Of a DNA stretch of 64,000 nt, positions 55,076 to 64,000 are shown piece after piece. This DNA comes from Mizuhopecten yessoensis (lineage: Eukaryota). Under the pieces are notes generated by a model that made no database searches, had not been told where the DNA came from, and saw only the letters and a list, made by a program, of their open reading frames with translations. Made by a program: the position numbers and the translations under genes. Location: assembly GCF_002113885.1 (NCBI RefSeq), contig NW_018408896.1, positions 2,237,711 to 2,301,710 on the forward strand. The letters run 5' to 3'. The number at the start of each line of letters is the position of its first letter. The first letter of the stretch is position 1.

Positions 55076-56504
55076 TTAGTATAACGTTATGATAACGCAG
55101 TAACCAGCCTTCACGGCACACGTGAACATGTAAAGCCAAAGAATATTATTAAGATCGATTCACTAGAGTGTCATGTAAATACGTCTTCAATTTGAATATT
55201 TGTCTTTATCATTTGTTTTTCAGGCGACAGGGCATGTGTTGGTCGTTACTACACATATACAGACGTTTAGATAACCACAACGGGGGTTGGGGGTCGGGAA
55301 CTTTGAAGAAGACCATACTTTTCCAAGTGGCTGAGATTGATCTATGTTGGAGACAACTTGACCTAATTGTTTGGTCAAATTAGTGCCGTTTTACACAGCA
55401 GCCTACTGGTCAAAGATGTGTGGCAGTCTCGATTCTGGCGAGACTAACGTCCTTGATCTGTCTTCGGCGAGATTCCCTTCCCACCCAACACCCTAGAGTG
55501 TTCTTAACACCATCACATCATGGTTGCTATTTCCGTAGAGGTCTAATAAGCAAATAATTAAGTTAGGCTTTCGATTATTTCCTCTTAACCTTCAACAGAG
55601 GACGCTAAATTCAACAGATTCCAGAAAATATTTTGTAAGCGTTGTCATCAATAAACAGCCTGGCAGTGAAACATGTGCAACGTTCTTCGTGACACTGTTA
55701 AAAATTATAATTCATAACCTCATCCGGTCAGTCGCTTATAACGATGAAAAAATAATGGCGAGACGACCTTTGTAAATTGCTAGGTATTCAGCACTTTACA
55801 TTTGACAAGTAATTTGGCACTCAAAACGATCGTTTTTGTCCTAGCTAAACACACGAGTGACAACGGAGAGATTAATCGCCGGTTTATGAAATGTCACCTC
55901 CTTGACGATGCGCAGACGACAGAATTATCTCAATTGTTTAATGTGGATGAGTGTTGACACGTTTATTCAGAGCACTTCCCCTTATGTGGGGAGACCGGAT
56001 GAAATGGTTCGCTGCCTAATTGAAATAATTGATGTTAAAAGGCTAATTTTGTCATTTAACCAGACAGTACATAAAGGCAATGGTGATTATAATTCACAAA
56101 CAAAGATTTACGAAAAACTGAATTGTCAGTAGGTGATTTTAACATACTAGTATAATTGGTATAAACAAATAAAAGAAAGCAACACTTTTTATCAATAGGA
56201 TCCATCAAAATCAGGTCACCGTTCCCAAATTAGACTGTATCGGACTCACGCTAGGATGTACTGACCTGTAATCTCACATTATCTCGTTTTATCACGTTTT
56301 ATCTTCCAATATCAGCGGGATGATTCACAAACTCTGTATGGAGTGTTTCAATTTTTCCGTTTCAAATTTTGATTTTGGAAAGGTAACTTTGACTCAAAGT
56401 AGGCTACTTCGAAAAATGCAACTTTCTTTCTCTGAACTAGCCAGTTGAGTACATGATAACAATTTCCAATACAGAATTATTCAGTATCTTTACTGCCGTC
56501 CTTG

Positions 56505-57277
56505 ATAGGACCACTCCCGATTACAATTTGTCAAAAGTCTGATCACGATCCTGTGATTTGTGGCGGGAAATTCACAAATTTGTGATTTTTTTTTATGTAA
56601 TTACGACAACAATCAGATATTGTTCAGGAAGCGTACCGATTCAGCCGTTTCCAGACGAATTCGTCCCGATTCTCCCGTTCTCAATCCGAATCTGATCCGA
56701 TTTGTATCTTCCGCATGGTAAAAAAAACCGACCGAATCTGTCCCGACAACGTCCCGATTCTCCCGAACGCGGTCCGACAGAGATCCGACATCCGACAGAG
56801 ATCAGACAGTGACCGGACAGTGACCGACGCATTCGGTAAGATCTGGACGCAATCTGGACTTAATCGGCAAGAAACGTCAATAAAAAATGTCTCCAAATCT
56901 TGCCCGTTCATCACGACAGCGTCCCAATCCACAGGACACGGTTAAGACACCGTCCAGACAACACAGGATATTGTTACGATTTTGATCCGATACAGCAGAA
57001 TCCGGCACGACATCGTCACGATTGTAATCCGACTAGACAAAATCGGCTGAGTTTCCCGAATGTTACGGGACACGACTAACTGTCGGGAGTGCTTGGCCGA
57101 CCTCTGTGGACCTTTCCCGATCCGTAAGACTCTGTTACGAACATATAAGACCGAGTTCAGACAATGATAGGACATTACAGATCATTGAGGATAGTAATCC
57201 GACTTTTCGCTTTTCGTGTCGTAACGCTGTCTGATCTCAAACGGGAGCCATAATCGGCACTGTGTGAACGCCGCATT
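56505..57277. mobile_element. Probable non-autonomous PIF/Harbinger-like element rich in CCGA/TCGG motifs; left boundary approximate
   Basis: An abrupt GC/CpG-rich block with dense CCGAT/TCCGA motifs ending in GTGTGAACGCCGCA-TTA. No matching left TIR was found. Confidence 0.4.
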
Positions 57278-58149
57278 ACATAAAACAATTCTTAATTTTG
57301 AAGGAAACGGAGGAGATAATAGCAATCGGACCATTTATTTAGGTACTATGTAATCCGTTTATTGTCATATTTTTTTTTATCGTTATGTAACTTCCGGTTT
57401 AGGATTTTACAGGTAAGTGATTTCGAAGTGCGCAACAACTTTTTACGATAACTCGCTAGTGCCCCAGCCGATTTTGCTGTATTTATTTTTAAATTTTTGT
57501 TTTGTTCAGAAATTCTGTGTTTATCTTTGTATGTGTATGTTAAAAGCGCTATGTGCATTCTTTAAAACACCTTTGAAACAAGGGAAAGAAGACAGAAGAC
57601 TGTGTGAAACTAAATCGCAGGAATTAACTAGAAAATATAATACATAAACAATGTATACAAATAACCAAGTTATTCAACTGCAAATTTAGTCTGCTTGTAA
57701 AACCTTACACGAATAATTTGCTATAATAAAGCACGCTCTACCTTACAATTTTTTTTGTTTTAGATAAGTTGTGTACTCCTACACGACAATAGAGGTTCAA
57801 TTTCAGACAGTGTGTTAGAAAGGAACCAATTGTGATGGATCGATGTCATGTTTTATAAAATACTTGACGATCTTGAAAGATGTATACTTCTTCTCCGTTT
57901 AAATTGACTAAGTAATATAACTATATTTAAGCAAATGTGCACATCACGGAAGTGGTATGGTTTGCAATGACGTCACGTACTCGTTCGGTTCATGGAATTT
58001 AAGAATCTGCGACAAGAAAACACATTTTATTAACGGAATTTGTATGGGGAAACCCCTACTGTGTTTTGAGATTTGCAACGATGTATCGTGATTATACTGT
58101 CGCAAATTGAGTTTTACTGGCGACAGGGAATTATATATTGAATATTTTT

Positions 58150-58735
58150 CTTTGAATTTCTAGCAATCTTGCCTTCATTGATTCTACACGTGGTATGAGT
58201 TTGACTATCCTACAGCGTAAAACAAAGCTAATGTTTGGGGATATAAGTTGATTCACGGTTCGAGAAACTCGTTATTTCTGTCTATAAGGGATTGAAATTC
58301 TTTCGATTATTTTTGCACCTGACACAAAGATGTCCCTATAATTTATTGTTTGTTTAATTTCATTTAACTTTTGGGGAGACCTTGTCATGGAGGTATAATC
58401 GGCATATAATTGTTGAGAACACATGGAGGTATCGGCTATAACATGTACATGAAAAAGTCATGGGCCAAGCGCAGATCCCTAAGGAAAACCGTACTCATCC
58501 ATTCTTTTGATAGATGTAGTTTCAGAACCTTTGGATGGTTTACGTGAAGAAGGATTACATTTTACCACATTTAGATAATTTCCATTAGTTATATACCTTT
58601 CTAGTTTAAATAAAAGCCCTCTGTGTCAGGCGAGACCAAATGCATCAGAGAAATCACATAAGAAAGTATAACCATATATTAATTTGTTTCCTTTGCCTTA
58701 AGTACACTGTGATGCATTTCAAGTAACTGATGGGT
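58150..58735 (-). mobile_element. Highly decayed CR1-type RT fragment (absent from the ORF track)
   Basis: Hand translation through stops and frameshifts gives HQLLEMHH, CDFSDAFGLA*HRGLLFKL (cf. CDISKAFDRVWH.GLL.KL), GFP*GSALGP*LF (cf. GVPQGSVLGP), QLYADYT (cf. YADDT) and FNP..TE, in the expected order. Confidence 0.75.
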
Positions 58736-59064
58736 TGTGCAGAAATGGTGTTGTTTTCAAATTTTAATTTGAACAATAAATCAATTTGTTTTTATTAATG
58801 TTCGAAAATTGGACTGCGATATTGAGTGATATTGAGTGATGGTAGATGTAGTGTGAGCAAGTACCAACTCTCTTGGTAAATATTTGCGAAGTATTCGTTT
58901 TTTTTCTGCAACCATCTGCAGCACACTATGAAAAAAGAAGAGATAAACGAAATGTAAACAAAGCAATATACCAACTCAAAATGGATGAAACTATGGCGAA
59001 ATATTAACAAAGAAAATATTACAAAGAGACGTTTGAAAAAACCCAAGGAGGATAAATCTAGGCG

Positions 59065-60736
59065 TTTTTTTTTATTTAAACATATTTTATTACCATTTTT
59101 ACATAGCAATGGAATTGGGCACAAGTTTTACAACTTATATCAAGCCCTTTCCCTGTACAATAATATTTTGTAACAAAATTTTATGATGGCAGAACTACGT
59201 AAATAAGCTATGTATGATAAATTAATTAATAAGTTGACATACATACATCCACACATTCACACACCCAACCACACGCATGCGCACAAATATAAACATGCAC
59301 ATGTAAATAAATGAAGAGGGAGTGATAGGGGGAGGGGGAGAGGGGGAGGAGAGAGAGAGGGAAGAGGGGGCTAGAGAGTCCGACTTTTTAAGATTACTGG
59401 ATAAGTACAGCAACAAGACAGTAAATTTAAGAAAATATATATCAGACCACGTGGTTGTTTTTGTTATACTAGTCGCTGTTCACAACTTTCTTCTGATCAA
59501 ATGTGCATCACATCTCGTGCTATTTTAACTTCCTCCTCGCTCTTGCTGTTATTTCCGTTTCAACTAGTCCGTCCGCACAGAGAAAGACCAAACACACGGC
59601 TTCATTATATATATATACACGTATATTTGTATGTTGCAACTCGTGTTGTCAATCTATTAGTATTATTAAGATACATGTAGTAATAAAGATGTCGATTTTG
59701 AAAGGTAGGGGTATTCAAATCTGTTCGAGTCTTGTATATATTGCTGAGTATGCATGAATATAATTTTGTTTTCTTGTTCCGAAATTGTTATATCTCCAAA
59801 AATAAGTAGATTCAATGTAAGGGGGATGTATTCATTCAGTTCACGATAAAGTTTAATTCTCTGTTCAACATAATTATCACAGTTAAAAAATAAATGGAAG
59901 GTATCTTCAATAGGGTAGCCACACATACAACGTTGGTCATCAACCAGGTTAACTCGAAATAGATCGTTTTTTAAAGTGCTAGAACGGTTTCTTAGTTTTG
60001 TATGTAAAACGTTAATTTTTCTATCGCCGAAGAAAAAGTAATTGGGTACATGGGGCAAATGTTTGTCTCTAATGGCGTTTTTAAACGATGAAAAAGAGGA
60101 GCTATGCCTAATACTTAAAGTTAACTGATTCCAAAGTCTAATAGTAGAAGGAAAATAAGACATGTTAGATAACTCTAGTCTGTTGTTAGGCTGGTTGTAG
60201 TTTTCGGCGTTTGTAAGTTTATATTGAGCATTTTCTACAAGGGGAGAGAGTAGAGTGGGAGTAATATTATGATGAGTTTTATAAAATAATTGCAGTTTCC
60301 GACGGGACCTCCGGTGGGCTAGGGATTCCCATCCCGTTTCAGTATATATAGATTGTCTACTAGCATAAGAAGGTAAACCGGTGACAATACGTCCTGCCTC
60401 TAATTGCAATTTTCTAACTTATCTGTATAAGTAAGAGTACAACCATTCCAAACACCACAGCAATATTCTAAAATAGGAAGTATAAACGATCTATATATCT
60501 TATTTAATGTACGTCGGTTTAGAGTATATTTCAATTTCCGGAGAACACCTAATTGCTTGACTACATTTTTTTACAAATATTATCAATATGATAGCTCCAC
60601 TTACAGTTAGCATCGATGAAACCTCACAGATGTTTATGGTTATCAGCAAAGTCTATACTGATATTATTAAAATCTATTTCAATCAGGTGATCTATTTCTA
60701 TATTTGAAATAAGTAAAGCCTCTGTTTTTGCACGAC
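59065..60736 (-). mobile_element. 5'-truncated CR1-Zenon-like LINE with 3'UTR, poly(A) and ~12-bp TSD
   Basis: KTE...HKHL (60624-60730), QLEAGRIVTG..ETGWESL..FPSTIRLWNQL..CxCG..ED..H.FF.C (59666-60409), and 3' AATAAAATATGTTTAAAT(A)9. The TSD is TAAATCTAGGCG (59053-59064) / TAAATCTAGACG (60737-60748). Confidence 0.88.
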
Positions 60737-60748
60737 TAAATCTAGACG

Positions 60749-60830
60749 CTGCAAAAGGGGGAGCGTCTTCTGCTTCTATCAACGACACTTGCCATGTAAA
60801 TCTATCAAATCTAAGTAATGACACGTTCTC
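60749..60830 (-). repeat. Dispersed repeat, copy 3, interrupted by the CR1-Zenon LINE
   Basis: Minus strand CATTACTTAGATTTGATAGATTTACATGGCAAGTGTCGTTGATA is nearly identical to 50511-50557. Confidence 0.6.
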
Positions 60831-60982
60831 AAAATAAGAACCAGGGAAGTGACAATGAAACTATAAGTTACACTAATGCGCATAATCAGCACTTTGACAT
60901 TCATATAGCACAAGGAAACCGAATATTTCGTAAGGAGATAGTCACGCATGCGACCATATGAAACAAGTTATTTTAACTTAAA

Positions 60983-61045
60983 TCGAGTACCCCTGAAAAT
61001 GACCCCATACCTTTCCACGTCCGATAGGGTGAATCGAACCCCTGA
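60983..61045 (-). mobile_element. tRNA-SINE fragment
   Basis: Minus strand box-B-like GGGGTTCGATTCACC followed by ...TTTTCAGGGGTACTC, as in the SINE at 34.6 kb. Confidence 0.45.
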
Positions 61046-62737
61046 GGTAAGGGGGATATTATGATGTATTTAATGCAATAGTGACATTATGATCGACGTT
61101 TTGTAATGAAGAAATTATGATGTAATTTTGTAATTATGACATTGCTGAGTGTTGACAAGTTGTTAGAGTACAATGGAGGAGGGTGTGTGTTGGATATGAA
61201 AGATGATGTTTTGGCTACAGATAATTTGATACGTTGATACCGATATGGTGTATATGTTAATATGAACGAGCGAAAAAGAAAATGTTATCTAAAATTGTTT
61301 ATTATTGTTATACGTATTATTCATTACAGGAGGAATCCTGTAGCTCCCTGGTCTTCCCTTTTACTCGTACTGGAGGGAATGAACTGAGAACATAAACCTG
61401 CAGCTGTTTTAGATTAATTCATCCTGGTAGAATTGAACTTTTTCTGTGATAATCTCTGTCGTGTCACGTTCGGAAGTGATCGCTGCTGGTCCGAGGGATC
61501 AGTGTGTGTTTACTCTAACTTCGCCCTAATATGTTGTTTCAAATTAACCAGCAGATCGTGTACATATAACGAAACTGTAACTTTTATATGAAAAAAAGGA
61601 CATTGGTACATTGGTGTTCACGGTGTTACAGATGTTTTCTGAAATATATTTGAGGGGAAAAAAACCCATTGCGGATGAACAAAATGAAAATTAAACCCAT
61701 CAAATACCACGGTTTCAGTTTAATGAAAATTCTAATTCCAAATAAAAGACACTGCTGAGTCAAAACAAATCATGTGAAGTCCTGTTTAGATATTGAATGG
61801 GAGTCTCAAAATATGTGGAGTTAACATTTGATACAGTTAATGTGACCTGACGCGGGAATGTGTGAGGACGGGAGTTATTTGACGAGGAGCAGCACCGCAC
61901 AGGTCAAAGGTGAGACGGCCCACGTCGGATTACATTGAAACAAATCCAGGTATCACTGTATCAGATGAATTATTACGTACAGGTACAAATTGTCCTCCCC
62001 TGTTCGTCAAAACAAATATGATAGGAGGAACAGGTAGATTCCATTACCTGTCGTTCTCTCCGTGTGTAATTACACGCGGGCAAAGTTACAGAGGTTGGCG
62101 AGCTGGTGACAATGAAGACATATTGAGCAATATCCCCACAAATGTCGACAATAAGGGTTGTCTGTCCTTTCCTTTGTTCAAACCACCTTGGCAAAACTCT
62201 CCTATACACATTCACATTAAAACCGTGTCTATCAGACACAGAAATTAAATCAGTTTATAATATATTATTATTACGTTGTCCCACTATGCTTTAAAAAAAA
62301 TAGAATGAGTTGCAATGTCGTGGCGTCGTGGCCATGTTACATTTGTAGATTTGTATTCAGCAAGTCTTAGTGAGATATTTCGGTATTCGAAATCGTTCTT
62401 AACATTAACAGCTAGCAACCCTTAATAGATATTTGATTTGCGATCATTAAACTAATATTAAACTTTAAACGTAATCATCAAATAGGGATGTAATTTAAAT
62501 ACATGGTACATGGAGCAGACATTATTGAGATGGTATGAACGTCCTCAGGTTAGATTGTGACTAAATCTCGGAGCGAATGCACATCCTCATTTTGCTTAAG
62601 TGTTTTATTAATGTTTATTGTAGGGTGATGTCTACGTCACTGTTGGCTTGAAGGCAGTTGATCACCTAAGCGATTCTCCAAAATAGCAAATATTTGGCGA
62701 GTTCTTCTAACAAATATCTAAATGTAATGCAAGTTCA

Positions 62738-63143
62738 ACTCAGAAATACCCTTACTGGAGGCGTCCTACTCAGAAATATCTGACGTATCTTACTCAGCAA
62801 TATCTAAAGGTCGTCCTACTCAGAAATATCTGACGTATCTTACTTAGCAATATCTAAAGGTCGTCCTACTCGGAAATATCTGACGTATCTTATTTAGCAA
62901 TATCTAAAGGTCGTCCTGCTCGGAAATATCTGACTTATCTTATTTAGCAATATCTAAAGGTAGTCCTGGTCGGAAATATCTGACGTATCTTATTTAGCAA
63001 TATCTAAAGGTCGTCCTACTCAGAAATATCTGACGTATCTTACTTAACAATATCTAAAGGTCGTCCTACTCAGAAATATCTGACGAACCTTACCCAGTAA
63101 TATCTAAAGGTCGTCCTGCTCGGAAATATCTGACGAGTCCTAC
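62738..63143. repeat. 50-bp minisatellite (24+26 dimer), ~7.5 copies
   Basis: C(A/G)GAAATATCTGACGTATCTTA.T.AGCAATATCTAAAGGTCGTCCT.CT with an exact 50-bp period from 62771. Confidence 0.93.
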
Positions 63144-63519
63144 TAGAGAGGTCATCATCAAGTCTGTCTTAATTAACACATGATGTGTGTTTTACTAACT
63201 ACACCCTGATCTATCTACATCTGTCCAGTATTGTGTGTGTCTGATCGGCCCTCACTGATGACAAGATTAGATTTAATATTGGCGTTACGTCAAAATGACT
63301 AAATAATAAGTAGGAAGGTTTCTGGTGGTATTTCTGAGGAAACAAATCATATTTATATATAATTATGTATCTCTTTTGTTTGAAAGGAAACGATTTTATA
63401 TAAAGATTTTATTATTGAAGGAACATGATGTTACATGTATATAAAGTTTTTGTTTTTGTTTTTAAGAACACGAGCATTTATGTAAATACTTCTTTGTAAT
63501 GATACGATTTCTTATGCTA

Positions 63520-64000
63520 TAAAGGTTTTTCTGTTGTTTGAAGGGACATTAGTTTATGTAAAGGTTTCTCTGTTGTTTGAAGGGAGACCAGTTTCACAAA
63601 TAAAGGTTATCTGTTGTTTGACGGGACACTAGTTTCACAAATATAGGTTATCTGTTGGTTGAAGGGAAATTAGTTTATATAGAGGTTTCTCTGTTGTTTG
63701 GAGGGACGTCAGTTTATTTAAAGATTTCGTTGTTGTTTGAAGGGACGTCAGTTTATTTAGAGATTTCGCCGTTGTTTGAAGGGACGTCAGTTTATTTACA
63801 GGTTGCTCTGTTGCTTGAAGGAACATTACTTTATTTACAGGTTTCTCTGTTGCTTGAAGGAATATTAGTTTATATAAAGTTTTTCTCTGTTGTTTGAAGG
63901 GACATTAGTTTATATAGAGGTTTCTCTGTTGTTTAAAAGGACATTAGTTTATATAGAGGTTTCTCTGTTGTTTAAAAGGACATTAGTTTATATAGAGTTT
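63520..64000. repeat. 39-bp minisatellite running off the window end
   Basis: GGGACATTAGTTTATATAGAGGTTTCTCTGTTGTTTGAA variants, ~12 copies. Confidence 0.92.

Noticed and set aside
55224-55383. Strong plus-strand acceptor as exon 2 of the 52171 candidate
   Set aside because: The in-phase frame gives an unrecognisable peptide that stops at 55383, and the other frames stop early.
3504-63262. Other CTGANGA occurrences as hammerhead cores (e.g. ~3504, 21493, 47112, 47362, 63255)
   Set aside because: None has a correctly placed stem II with GAAA and an NUH triplet.
63635-63897. 13-aa-repeat ORFs on both strands
   Set aside because: Artefacts of the 39-bp minisatellite.

Overview
AT-rich, intron/intergenic-type eukaryotic DNA. 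The repeat families (CR1-Zenon and RTE-X LINEs, a Penelope-like element, V-domain tRNA-SINEs, MITEs) point to an invertebrate, most likely a bivalve mollusc; this is an inference. No complete gene lies in the window, and almost all ORFs in the supplied track are spurious or transposon-derived. The one well-supported host coding feature is an 86-nt minus-strand exon (15739-15824) encoding a signal peptide, MVRMDRLGLLVLLALGFVTAN(G/D). It appears to be fed by at least two upstream non-coding first exons with TATA-like promoters (~25.9 kb and ~32.1 kb), and CpG content drops sharply just downstream of it. Features missed by the ORF track include a 514-bp Penelope-like insertion (GIY-YIG tail, minimal hammerhead ribozyme, 13-bp target-site duplication), a TSD-bounded CR1-Zenon LINE nested inside another repeat, a heavily decayed second CR1 RT, several TIR elements and many minisatellites. 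I found no clearly new biological system. The best leads are the ribozyme-bearing Penelope copy, the multi-promoter gene and a possible Helitron-carried exon.
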